A DNA stretch of 63,799 nt, filler included, from Choristocarpus tenellus KU-1152 (taxonomy: Eukaryota; Protista; Phaeophyceae): the NCBI GenBank assembly GCA_964200185.2. It is 10 parts of 10 records of this genome, joined end to end, with 100 filler letters (N's around TTAATTAATTAA, not from the genome) between each part and the next. Parts side by side here need not be neighbours in the genome. Positions count along the whole stretch, not along the records: positions 19,848 to 36,220 come from CAXNAD020000836.1; positions 36,321 to 40,091 come from CAXNAD020018018.1; 8 more parts are not named here. One strand, written 5' to 3'. The position numbers were made by a program, and so were the translations under genes. Under the pieces are notes generated by a model. It had not been told where the DNA came from, made no database searches, and saw only the letters and a program-made list of their open reading frames with translations. Below are positions 26,663-38,591 of the stretch, piece by piece (the stretch's first letter is position 1; every line of letters starts with the position of its first letter).

Positions 26663-26910
26663 GAGTGAAAGTATCTTAGAGGGTACGAGTTTTCCCCTCT
26701 TTGTCCATTTGGGGCTTGGCTTCCCATGGGTTTTTAATAACATTTTTACCTACTCCAAAATGTTTTGGAGTAGGTAAAATGTATACGTTATGAAAAGGTG
26801 TATCCGGAGGATATTGACATCTCCTAACAAACATGATAGCCAGAATTACATCAAAATTACAACATTGTATTTTGGGCCCCAAATGGACGCGTCTCTACCC
26901 TCTATGACTC
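26663..26910. mobile_element. MITE family A, flanked by TTGA direct repeats
   Basis: Ends GAGTGAAAGTATCTTAGAGGGTA ... TACCCTCTATGACTC (short deletion in the right TIR). Homologous to the copies at 38300, 52751, 55615, 56132 and 61789. Confidence 0.88.
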
Positions 26911-27228
26911 TTGAGCAACAACCAAAAAATACCATAGGGAACACGTCCCTACTATACCTGTGGAAGGCAGAAAATATCCTACTACCTTATCCTCTGCCTG
27001 GCTCTAGCTGACTCTATTCCAGTGCCGTAGGCCACCATCCTTCAAGGATGACAAAACCCACTCAAAGTATTGGTCGAAGGTCCCACCCTTCCATACACGT
27101 TCTCAATATTGGTTCTATAAACAAATCAACTCCTTACTCAGAGTTTTTGTAAAAAGGTGTGCCCATGCTGCACACCACCTGAACCACTCCTACTGCGAGG
27201 TGTACCGCACACCCCACATGCCCCAGCT

Positions 27229-30200
27229 CTAAGAATGTTTGCCCCCGGCGCTCATTGCCCTAACCTCAGTAACATTTTTGTCCTGATCTTCCTTTTCTAC
27301 ATCAACTACAGATCGACACTTGTGGTTGCCCTTGGCTGCTGGAGTTACTCTGTACCATACATGCCATACAATGACTCCTGTAACAAGGGTTACAGGTACA
27401 AGCAACACAGCGATGATCTTGCATAATGACCAAATTGTCCAGGGAAGGGGGATGCATCGAGTGGTGCTAAGGCGAGGGCCACCGGGCAGACACAGAAGTG
27501 GTGGTGTTGGTGACAATGCAGGTGCGGTGCCGCCAAGGCATTGCCCCCCATCAGCACAAACAAACCCCAGTCGAAGATTGTCCACATCAAATATAGTCAT
27601 GTATGTCTTGATAAAGACATCACCAAGAGTCCATAGATCAGGTGACTGTCCCTTTCCAATCAGAAGTTCACAGTGGTCCCAATTTTGAAAGAAATAATCT
27701 GAGGGACGCAAGTGAAATACATGGAAGATGTGGCCACCTTCACCAGTGCCAACTTCGCCCCCATCGCTCACACTATTGTTCCCTGGGATACCCCGACCCC
27801 TCCTCCTGCTCCCCTTATTGCCTTGGTCCTGGACTGAGTTATTGTCACCAGTAGCGATAGAGATAACTAGATCAGGGAAATCCTCAAGGCGGCACTGTGA
27901 ACAGGATACCATGCCACTTCGCTCAACACAGTTCTCTCGCCCCCCTGTGATTTCTTTCACTACATAATCAAAGCGGTCACGAGATGGCACCAGCAGGGAC
28001 GATCCTGTATCAATGATTGCCTGGCATCCGTTAGGGCAGAGGTTTATTGAACCTGGGATGTTTGAGCTCCAACCCACCATGTTCACTGTCCAATAGCTCA
28101 GCATGCCTCGGTACTGCACAACTGGAGACCACTTGACTACAGGTTCATAGTTCTCTTCTTCCCATTTCTCACTCTCACTCATGCCTTGACCTTCAAATTC
28201 GGTGTTCATCTTAGACACCAGAACACTACCTGTTACCAAAACATTGCCCCCAGCATCTTCCTCTATTGGCACCCCTCTCCTTCCATTGACTTCGTCTTGT
28301 CCCCTCTGCTGTACTCTTGAGTCTGACTCTGTTTCCACACCTGCTCTTTCACCCAAGCCCTGAGGTGAAACTGTATCAGAGGGAGGCTCTCCCTTCAAAC
28401 TACCCCTCAAAAATTTGTTCCCAACCCTAGTCAACCCTGCCTTAGGATGTGGGTGCCATTGTCGACGAACAAGATCTAGATTGTAACCTCCAAAAATCAG
28501 CTCACTTCCTTGCTGGTTAGGTGAAGCTGAGGAGGTAGAAAGGTAAAGGGAAGAAAGACAAGTTATGGGGGAGGGGAGAATGTAGCCAAGAGGGAATTGA
28601 AAAGAAATGCTTGGAGGTAAGACTTTGAGCAATACTTTTGCAATAAGGTGACTACCCAAACTGGTAACATTTTTCAAAGAATAGTATTTGTTTCAAATAT
28701 TGCTGTGCAAAATAAAATAGAAAAAAGTGAACATCAGAGCAGATACTTCCACCAAACATCTGAAGCACCCTTCAAGTTTGATCCTCTGGTGGAGACTACA
28801 ACACAATAGTACAGGAAATATGAACTTGAGGGGGTTTGAAGGATGTGAGTACTTGGGGTACTCACATGTGAGCTAAATAGAAAACATGCTGAATATTGCT
28901 ATACACAAAAAAAATGAAGAGTTAGAATATCAGAGCGAACATTCTGCCAAGCATCCCAAGCACTCTTCAAGTTTTTCTCTTCTGATGGAAAGTGCCACAC
29001 AACAGTGCAGAGAAAACGAGCTTGAGGGGGTTAATGATGCAAGTACTTGGACTCACATGTGAGGAAAACAGAAAACATGCCTGCCACACCAGGACCATGC
29101 TGTTTTCGGAGGAGCTGTAGTATGGTGGGGTACTCAGAGGAGCTTGACATCTGTGTTGTCGAAATGGCTGGGAAGGCAAGACCCACTAATCCATCTGCCT
29201 TGAAACCACGAATCCTTTCCTCCTGGTAATTGACGGCTCCCATTTCTACACCATGCACAACCATACCCCCAAAGGAGATGCTGTCCTGAAATATCTTGCC
29301 AACCACTGAGCCACTGTCATACCTAGTCGGAGTTGCAGGAAATAGGGGTTGGTCGAGGGTAGTGGCATGAATTGTATGAGGTATTTGAATGCGCAAAAAA
29401 AGGAGTATATAATCTCACTTAGAGCGTTCATTATTGTCACATACATGAGATGCATCCTATTTCCTTCTCATCTACAGAAACCACACATTGCTGATACTGT
29501 TGAGTACATGGTGATGACACATAATGCAGTACATGTTTCTTTTTGAATATTTTCTGCAGTAGATGAAAGTAAAGTATACTGTGACCGGTTTCCTTGAAGA
29601 CTTTTTTCGCAGTCCGAGTACAGGTTCGAGAAAGAGGAAACAAGTGAGGTCCAAAGATGGCAGACGAATTCCACAGCATTGATCATGATATATCTGGGTA
29701 CATACTCCGAAGAATACTCGAACATGTGCCATGTAGCATCTGTGATAGGCTCGCCCATCAGCCAGGGCTTCTTTCTCTATCTTGGGTTACGGTGCAGTTG
29801 CCTCAGCGGGTATTAAAGGGTATGTCGCTTGGACACTGGTGAGGTAAGGGAAGGTTGGGCTTATCTCATGCTAATATATCATTGTATTGCTTAAGAGAGT
29901 TTGGTGACCAGTGGTTGGATTTTCTTTTTCTCAAGCTTGTCACTTCTTTCCCACCTGCTGATGAACTGTCGACCTGTAGAGATCGCCGTATTTGAAGCAA
30001 GTGCGTCATACTCGGCATGATTACCGCAGCGGTGGCATCCAACAGCTGGCACCCACATGTCAGAACTACCAGTGTCAAACAAAACCTGTGCGAGGCAGTG
30101 TGAGGCGAATATTATAGGCTATCACTATGACCGCCAGGGCGTGTGGGATCTGAGCTGCAACCAACCCTTCTGCTTGTTTTGCGAAGGTCTCCTGAGGGTC

Positions 30201-30625
30201 TCCTAAAGCAGGATCAATACCCTGGCGTCGTTGGGACCAAAAAAGCTGTGGACTCTGGCAAGTTTTAAGTTAGATGCCCCAAGTCGTGTTCAGCCCTATC
30301 GATTTCTCCCATCTTTTCAGGACGACGGGGTCATCATGCACAATAATACTGATAAGCACCGGTCTATGAACTGTCAGGGTTCCCGCACCTTTAGGCGTTG
30401 AGGTGGCTGGCCTATGGACACGTCCCCAAAGTACTGCACGTTGTCTACGTTCTGTAGGGAGACAGATTTTGTCAAAGCTAATCTCAACAAGTCTGGGCTG
30501 GACCGATCATCAGCCTCAGGGTGGACCTCCTCAGCGCGCTTCGCAATCTGCGATGCCCGAAAAATATCCGAATGGGGTGAGGGGGACGCACCGTCGATCT
30601 CATCGTAGTCATGCCTACCTGGCAT
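27229..30625 (-). CDS. Pepsin-family (A1) aspartic protease with C-terminal transmembrane helix, 4 exons (30625-30389, 30085-29955, 29322-29057, 28526-27229); N-terminus uncertain
   Basis: Motifs NVQYFGDVSIGQPPQ, VLFDTGSSDMWVP, DGLVGLAFP, AIIDTGSSLL and WTLGDVFIKTYMTIFD. Hydrophobic segment IIAVLLVPVTLVTGVIVWHVWY lies near the C-terminus. Confidence 0.92.
28697..29083. repeat. Diverged ~195-bp tandem duplication covering an exon 3' end and its splice donor
   Basis: Colinear blocks ATATTGCT, ATCAGAGC, AAGCAC..TTCAAGTTT, CTTGAGGGGGTT, ACTCACATGTGAG and AGAAAACATGC each occur twice about 195 nt apart. Confidence 0.85.
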
Positions 30626-31128
30626 GCTGGGGGGTAGTTTCTTCTTCCCACCTCCTTCGTTTTTGCAGAGTTACACGTTACAGACTCACTCAAAACAATG
30701 GATTCTAGTGACGGAGAACGTAAAAGCTTCGCTCTCACTCAGCGAAATTCATCCAAACATTTTAATGCACTGAGAGGGTCTGAATAGGGGTGGACGTTAC
30801 ATCGGAGACTCCGTTACTCTTACACTCAAGAGTCAATAAGATCGAATAGTTCATCTTTTCCTTGTTGTGAAGGTGACGAGTACTTGCATGAATTTCGAGG
30901 GTTCGAACCCCTTCCACGTCAGAATTCCTTATACGCAAATCTAGTTTCGATGATCCCGTTCCACCTGGCAAACACAACGGAGCTGTACTCCTGTACCATC
31001 GTCCTTGTGGTGTTACCACAAATATGACAGATCAAGATCAAGGTGGAAACTTTTAGGTGGGCCCAATACAAGATCGAGGGAGGAACAGAGTGACGAGCGA
31101 TGGGTGTGCTGAACCCATGGCATGAGAA

Positions 31129-31394
31129 GAGCCAAACCAATTGAGAGGTTGGCAGGTTTGGACCCTTTTGCATCCCTACCCATCTTTCTCACCTTCTACA
31201 ATTCATCCACTCTATCTCATTGCTTTATGTACAAAATAGTGTACGCGAAATCTATATTTCCTTTCCACACACGAGGTGACACCACAATTCAGCAAAAAAC
31301 GCTCTTCTCCGATTAATTGTACAAAATGACTGTTTTTGCGCTTTGTTGGGATCCTTAAAATGCAGCCCTGCCTACCTCTCAGTTGGTTTGACTC
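31129..31394. mobile_element. MITE family B, AGAA TSD
   Basis: TIRs GAGCCAAACCAATTGAGAGGT / ACCTCTCAGTTGGTTTGACTC, with AGAA on both flanks. A second copy lies at 33049. Confidence 0.85.
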
Positions 31395-32054
31395 AGAAAC
31401 AAGGCTGGACCGAAGAAGTACTAAACGTAGTGCGTAATTAGATAGCACTACATACAAAGCAGTTGATGGTATGATAGGTGCTAATAGTGCAATGTGTAGT
31501 GTGTCTGACTACCTCTCAGGCTGGTCCTCCAAGTAGTGAAATAAAATTGTAAAGCAATCATTTTAATACAAAAAGACTATAGTACTGCTGTTGTTACTAC
31601 GTAGTACATTGTTAGTATTACTACTTTAGGACTCTTCTACTCTTAACAATAATACTCTTACGGCGTTCTTCAATATAAACAATAGTGTGAGTGGTGGATA
31701 TAAACTTTGTCTTTTTTTAGTCAATCTACCTGCAAAACAGTCGAACTGAATGAAAAATACTTTTCTTCCCGTAACAAACTAAATTATTCTAGAATCTCCA
31801 GTACACTGACCACGACGTAAATCAAAAGTCCATGCTATGTCACTGGTTCTGACGATAAGAAGTGACAGGTAGGCGGGGCACATATCAAGCAAAACACACC
31901 TGGGTGATGAATGAGAAAGTTATGCTTATTGTGTGAGTGAATTAGTCAATGTGAGCGAGGTAGAGTAGGAGTGAATTGTACATTTGTTATACTGTTCTAT
32001 GATATTACTAAGGGAAGTGTAAACTTGCACACTTTTTGGATCATTATATTGTGT

Positions 32055-32310
32055 GAGCCAAAGTAAACGAGGGGTACCCAGGTTTTGCCCATTTTGCATT
32101 TAAAGCCAGTTTTCAATCTCTTGCAATTCACCCCTATTTCTATATAGGATGCGCCAAGTTTGACTTGAGAGTGCTTATTTTTCCATTATTTGAAACTTTC
32201 CCGTCACATCAAAAAATACCCTACATACACTTTTTTTAAAGTCGAATTTTGCACATGTTTGTCAGCATCCATAAAATGCGACTCTGGGTACCTCTTGTTT
32301 ACTTTGATTC
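32055..32310. mobile_element. MITE family C
   Basis: TIRs GAGCCAAAGTAAACGAGGGGTACCCAG / CTGGGTACCTCTTGTTTACTTTGATTC. A related copy lies at 37301. Confidence 0.8.
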
Positions 32311-33048
32311 TATACATATGCAATAGAGGTGTCGAAGTGGGATTATATTGTTATATATATTTACTACCCATCTCCTACATACCAGTATGGAGTAAATACT
32401 ATTTGTCTTACTGAAGAACTGCATGAAATCTCCTCAGCTAGCTCGATCTTGGGATAGACGAGGTGGTAGGTTTTAAGAGTAAGTGCAGGGGATTGAGAAT
32501 AATAGCCTTGCCAATCACGGAGAATACATACATACTCTGGAGTGCTTAATACTTTTAAGTTTACTATTGTGCAGTATTTACGTCGCCCTTACGGGTGTCT
32601 AATTATTATGTATATTACTGGAGAACTATTGATTAGTTGATTGCACTCACCGATATGGAGAATTATAAAGTAAACGAATATCCAACATTCAGCATCCTTC
32701 CATATCTTCCCCCTACACTGAGTAATCAGGCATGCCTTGGTTTTGTGTGTATTTACGAGTCACTAATCTGACCTCAGCAAGGGGGTGACTACCCTTCATT
32801 GTACCGACAACAAGCAGGGTAATAGCAAGTATGCCAGTTGGAATCAACATTGGTAGGTGATGGTGGTATTGAATGGCTTTGGACCTCCTTCCTCCAAACC
32901 CTGGGAACAAGTGTTCAAATTAAGAGATCCTTGCATCACCACTTGTCTAACTGCATTTTCTACCATGATGCACTCGGTATCAGTGCTGTGGTGGTATTAT
33001 TATTAGTAGTAGAAGAGGTGGTGGTAGTATTAGCTTAGTAGTAGTAGT

Positions 33049-33525
33049 GAGCGAAATCAATTGTGAGGTAGGCAGGTTTGGACCCTTTTGCTTTCTAAGC
33101 CACCTTTCTTTCCCTGCACAGTACACTATATTTCGTTGCTTTTATGTGCACAATAGTGTACCCAAAATTGATATTCCCCCTTCACACACAAAATGGCACC
33201 ACAATGAAGCAAATACGCTTTCTGCAATCGTACAAAGACCCATAGTATCTTAGAAGGGGGGGGGGTTAGAACAAGTTATCCATTCGGGGCTTGAAGGGGT
33301 GTTGTAAGATACCCCAGTTTGATGCCCGTCTTGTGAGTGATTTCCCTTCAGATCTGGTTTGTTCAGGGGGGATGGAAATGGAAAGTGCGTTCAGATGAAG
33401 GAAATTGCCCTCACATCTGACACTTGATACCCCCTCCAGGGTACTCGGGGTCAAAATGGCGTCTTCTTGCCCTTTCTCGGGATCCTCAAAATGCAACCTT
33501 GCCTACCTCTCAATTGATCTGTCTC
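33049..33525. mobile_element. MITE family B with a nested insertion, AGT TSD
   Basis: Colinear with 31129-31394 once 33237-33452 is removed. TIRs GAGCGAAATCAATTGTGAGGTAGGC / GCCTACCTCTCAATTGATCTGTCTC. Confidence 0.82.
33237..33452. mobile_element. Nested MITE-like insertion (family D)
   Basis: Absent from the sister copy at 31129. Imperfect TIRs GACCCATAGTATCTTAGAAGGGG / CCCCTCCAGGGTACTCGGGGTC, with AAA duplicated at the site. Confidence 0.7.
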
Positions 33526-36220
33526 AGTCGTAGCAATAGTAGTAGTAGTAGTGATAGCAAGACCATTCCACCCGCGTTGTTGGCAGTAAGGTGAGGGTGA
33601 GATGCAGGTGGCACAATAACTACACTGTATTTAGTACTCAAGTATGCAGTGGTACAGTAAGAATAATGCTTGGAGCACTTGGTAATATATGCATGCTTAG
33701 AAGTACACACAATAATAATATAAACTTCTGAATTATTTCAAAAGAGATCGTGGATGACCAGGTGCCCAGGAAACGTGGTTGTCGCATCCCTCTCCTTGGC
33801 AATTCATCATGATGATGTCACCAATGGGAAGGAGCAAAAGGAAGAGATAGATCATTCAGGGAAAGAGACCACCTCCAGTGAAAATGCACTTCAACAGGTG
33901 AATGAATGCGTGTCAATGTCCTGCGAAACAGTAACTGGTTCTCATCCTTGCAGCATGAAGGGACCCTGCAGAGTACATTGGAAGTTCAAGGTGTGTTCTA
34001 ATCGGTTCGTACCAATCACTTTTTATTATCGAGTCCACAACATTCTCCAGAAATCAAGGAACTTACTTTGTGAATTTTATTGTAAGACTGTTGAAATATA
34101 CTCTGTAAATATCTATGCTCACATTGTACTTCTAAGCACTACTGCTGTCTGTAGAGACATAAACGTAATGGTAATAAACTTAGTTTAGTAGGTATGTAGT
34201 GTGTATACACCATAGGACCAAACACATGTGGCCCCTTCTAAGACGGAGTCTCTTCCAACACCGAACAGACACATACTACTGACTCAACCGTACACATTGC
34301 ATTAGGTTTGCAAGAGTGCTCTAGACATGCAGTCAAACCATAGCGTATATTTCAATAGCCGATCAGTTCAAGTATTCATGACATTTCAATAGCCGATCCA
34401 TTGAGTAGCAGATATGGCCAGAGGTACCAAGAACAAGTTTGAAGGGTTCGGAAGATGACTTCAACCAGCAGTATACTAGTAGGGTCCTCTCTGGCTCCCA
34501 AAGAGGAATCCTATCATAGAGGGGGGTCTATTTTGGTCCTCTCGAGCATTCTTGCCTATTTAAGCCCTGTGCCTGACATCCCATTCCCACACTTGAAATG
34601 CAACCAACTTCCTATACCAGACTGCCATTGTAGAGAGAAGACGGACATTCTTCCACATAAACGAGAAATTGTTCATCAGATGCCTTTAAGCACATGCATC
34701 AGAAAGTACTCACGTTGCCCCCATGTACTCAGGAACACCCCTCTTTAAGATATGTTTACTCAGAAACCATATCTTGTCGCCAAGTTTGGGTCACATTGTC
34801 CTAAAATATTTTACATATTTTATTTAGTATAGGCAAATATTACTGTGCCAAATATCTTTCATTAACACATTTTTTTATTGAGTGAATTTCTGAATTTGGC
34901 TCACATTTTGTTTTTGTGCATCACAATATTAAAATCACTTTGATTCGGACAAGTCACATTATATGTCAACGGAAATTTCTGGTATTGTTGCTGCACTACT
35001 AGAATATTGTGTCCACACTGTGAATGGCTCAAGATGAAGGGAGAAAGTGACAAGAAAAGGTACTTCTGTTGCTGTTATTGGGAGGCACTACTTGGTATGT
35101 ATCGCATACTCTGCATCAATATAATGTTTCTTCTCCACTTTAGGCTGGGGACTAACGATACCCATCCATCCATGCTCAGAAGCACTACACATTACATCAC
35201 TCCTTATACTATCTATTCCAACAAATTGTTGGACGATGGCAAATTGTGTACTGATTCCTTTTGTGCCTTGCATCTCAGCAATGGGTTCGGCCACTCCTCA
35301 ATTGTCCCTCCGCCTCTTTCCTCGAATTCTGTGCTTAACCTGCCTTCCCATCGCTTGGTGAAGCCTTACCATCTCATTCTTAGTCCCTGGTTTTTGTTGG
35401 TATAGCAACACATAGGAGGATATTACAGGTAGGCGAACAAGTCTGTATTGCTTGCCAAATGAATTTTGGATAACCAAGACCAAATTTCCCAGAAGAGAAA
35501 TTCAGCGTTGAGGGGGTTCAAAGCAGCCACGAAATTAGTGCAAGGAGCACTTCCATAATCCACTGAGGTACAAGGACGCTCAATTCTACTCATCATGTTA
35601 TGTTGCCAAGATTTGTCCTGGACTTTATATGGATGGGGTATCAGTGGCAGGGCAGCACCACAAGCCGACTTGGTAAGAAGAACGTTTTTCTCTGACGGAA
35701 CCAGACCAGGAACTTAGAAATTGTAAAAGGGCTGGGCTGCGAGTGGGCTCAGTAAAAATGTATGTTAACATATACAAAGAACAAGAAAAAAATAAAGGGG
35801 CCAGACCAAGGCCATTTTAGCAGCATATTAACGTTTCTCAGATTGATCAGGCTGGAGTAGCATTATTAGTGGTAATATCAGTGGCTAATTCACTTACAGT
35901 CCGTGTACCTATATAGGAGAGGGTAGGGACAAGTGAAAACCCCTCTCTTATATACAGATCCTCTCTTATTGCATAAAATAGCATATAAGGGCTTTTCTCT
36001 TAAACTGAGGGATCGTAATAAGAGAAACCTATGTAATATCGACCAAAAGTGCTCGTGGGCACTTCATACTTGTACCTGAACGATGACAGAGCGACGCCCT
36101 TGCTATATGTGCTTCCCTGTGCCTTCTAGAGTAGCTGTATGTAGATATGTATTGAGCATTGCCCTTGGTGAACCCATTTCGATGAAGCTGTGGTGGTGTA
36201 GCAAGCACCACATCTACACC

Positions 36221-36320
36221 NNNNNNNNNNNNNNNNNNNNNNNNNNNNNNNNNNNNNNNNNNNNTTAATTAATTAANNNNNNNNNNNNNNNNNNNNNNNN
36301 NNNNNNNNNNNNNNNNNNNN
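36221..36320. other. Artificial contig linker
   Basis: N44-TTAATTAATTAA-N44. Confidence 0.98.
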
Positions 36321-36973
36321 CGAATCGGACATATCGATTGTAATAAACGTTAGAGTCCATAAGAAGTGCTTCTTTGGTTAGAAGTGATCACCACTGATCA
36401 CGAATAACCAAAGATCCACTTTACATGTGCGTTAAGGTTTTTTAAAATACTAAATCCACTAAAAACCGTCATTAGGGTTTTTAAAAATACCAAGAACGCA
36501 CTTTATGGGTCCCAAACGTTTCCAATTTTCAGAAACCCTAAGAAGTCTTTCCATCTCGTACCCACTATTTAATTAAATAGTAAATCCTCTTTTTGGCGTC
36601 TTTAGTATTTAAATGAACACTAATAAACACTAGAGACCACAAAAAAGCGGATCTACGGTATTCAAGGTTAGCGGTTATCTTGAATACTGTTGAAAACCCA
36701 AAAGACGTGCGTTAGGGTTTTCCCAAAAGTAGAATGATATTCAAATCTTTACACCGACAAATAAAAATACAAACCACATCCTTCATTGATCCAATACGTT
36801 TCAAACGTACAAAACAAAAAGGTCACAAAAAACTTTTATTCTCTGTCTCTTTTCAATATGTAATCGTATGCTGTTCGATATTCCTTTTTTCATATAACAC
36901 AATTAATTGTCAACAGAAGAAAGAGAAATCACCGAAACTCAAGAACCGCTTCTTGTCGTCTCTAGTATTTTTA

Positions 36974-37045
36974 GAGCCAAAGTATATTCTTAGAGGGTAG
37001 AGCCGCGTCCATTTGGGGGTCAAAATACAATGTTGTGATTTTGAT
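36974..37045. mobile_element. Truncated MITE family A end
   Basis: GAGCCAAAGTATATTCTTAGAGGGTAGAGCCGCGTCCATTTGGGGG matches the family A terminus. Confidence 0.75.
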
Positions 37046-37300
37046 ATTCCGAAATACACATGTGGGGTTTTGTCCTCCGAGATAGACATAGTATATATAC
37101 ATTATACAAGATGTTATATAGCAACGTGCCTATGTGATAATGTGAATCACAATAATAATGCTCTAGTCCAAAATACACATAGTGTGTATGCTTGTGTCCT
37201 TTGGGATATTGCTATTTCTTCTTACCATTGCATATCATATTACGTAATATTCTTATCCCATTCATTGCTTGCATCCGAAATATTTGGGAAAACGTTTAAA

Positions 37301-37569
37301 GAGTCGAAGTAAACGAGGGGTATCCAGAGTTGCATTTTAAGGATGAGTACGTGCAAAACACGACTTTTTTTTTACAAAAGTGTGTAGGATCATTTCTGTT
37401 TATTAGTGTCGGAAATATTTTGAATAATAATAAAGAAATAAATGCTTTTGAATCAAACTTGGAACTTCATCCATAGAATTATACAGGTGAATTCCAAAAG
37501 ATCGAAAAAAAACAGGGTCAAATTGCAAAACGGTCAAAACCTGGGGGTAGCTTTCGTTTACTTTGGCTC
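37301..37569. mobile_element. MITE family C, flanked by TTAAA direct repeats
   Basis: TIRs GAGTCGAAGTAAACGAGGGGTA / TAGCTTTCGTTTACTTTGGCTC. Confidence 0.8.
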
Positions 37570-38299
37570 TTAAATTTTTTTTGTTTCCAACATTCAACTT
37601 GGGTCAAGATGCACATTACAAAAAGATAGTCCCAGATAGGTGACTGTTGTGTAGTAGGATACCTCCGCTCTATCCTCAATTTTTAAAATCCACTGTTAAT
37701 TGCGTTACAAAAATACGAATATCAAACAGCATAGGATTTCATATTGAACTGGGACAGAGGGTGTCTGTATTTTCGTGACCTTTTCGACCTACTATCACGT
37801 TTTGAACGTATGAGATCAATGAAGGATGTGGTCTGTATCTGTATTTGTTGGTGTAAAGATTAGAATACCATTCTACTTTTGGGAAAACCCTACCGCACAT
37901 GTTCCGAGTGTTCAACGGTATTACTGCTAACCAGCAAGCAGGAATACGATAGATCCGTTTTTTTGTGTTATCTAGTGTTCATTTAAACCCTAAAGACGCC
38001 AAGAAGTGGGTGTAAGGTTTATTTAAATAGTGGATACCAGTTGGAATGACTTCTTAGGTTTTCTGAAATTGGAAACGTGTGAGACCCCTGTAGTTCGTTC
38101 TTGGTATTTAAAAGAACCCTAAGCACGGTTTTCAGTGGGTTTAGTATTTTAAAAAACCCTAACGCACGTGTAAAGTGATTCATAGGGATTAAGTGCTAAG
38201 TGGTTAGTACGTTTACGTAAAGTGACTCTTATTATTGACTTGCACGTTTATGACAATCGCTATGTGATTCAAAGTGTCTTAGAGGTTAGGGTCGAGTCT

Positions 38300-38564
38300 G
38301 AGTGAAAGTATCTTAGAGGGTACGCGTTTTGCCCTGTTTCTCCATTATTTCAGGCTTGGCTTCCCGTGGTGTTTTTTGTAACACTTTCCTACTCCAAAAT
38401 GTTTTGGAGTAGTAGGTAAAATGTAAATGTTACGAAAAACTGTGTCCAGAACATGAACATTGATACTTCCTAACAAGCAAGATGACCAAAATTATGTCCA
38501 AATCACAATGTTGGATTTTGACTCCCAAACGACCGCTACTCTACCCTCTAAGATACTTTGGCTC
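38300..38564. mobile_element. MITE family A, TCT TSD, inserted into the end of an older family A copy starting at 38266
   Basis: Both TIRs are intact: GAGTGAAAGTATCTTAGAGGGTA / TACCCTCTAAGATACTTTGGCTC. Confidence 0.9.
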
Positions 38565-38591
38565 TCTGTTTGTTGTCTGTTCGGGGCAAAT

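Larger units (their letters stand above)
36322..38270. mobile_element. Foldback-type element: ~580-bp diverged inverted arms (~36322-36910 and ~37695-38270) around a non-coding core
   Basis: Examples: ACCACATCCTTCATTGATC vs GATCAATGAAGGATGTGGT; TAGGGTTTTCCCAAAAGTAGAATG vs CATTCTACTTTTGGGAAAACCCTA; ACGTTTCCAATTT vs AAATTGGAAACGT. Blocks occur in mirror order. Confidence 0.85.

Noticed and set aside
33750-36220. Scattered 60-140 aa ORFs in the intergenic region
   Set aside because: No domain motifs and no consistent splice-bounded exons.
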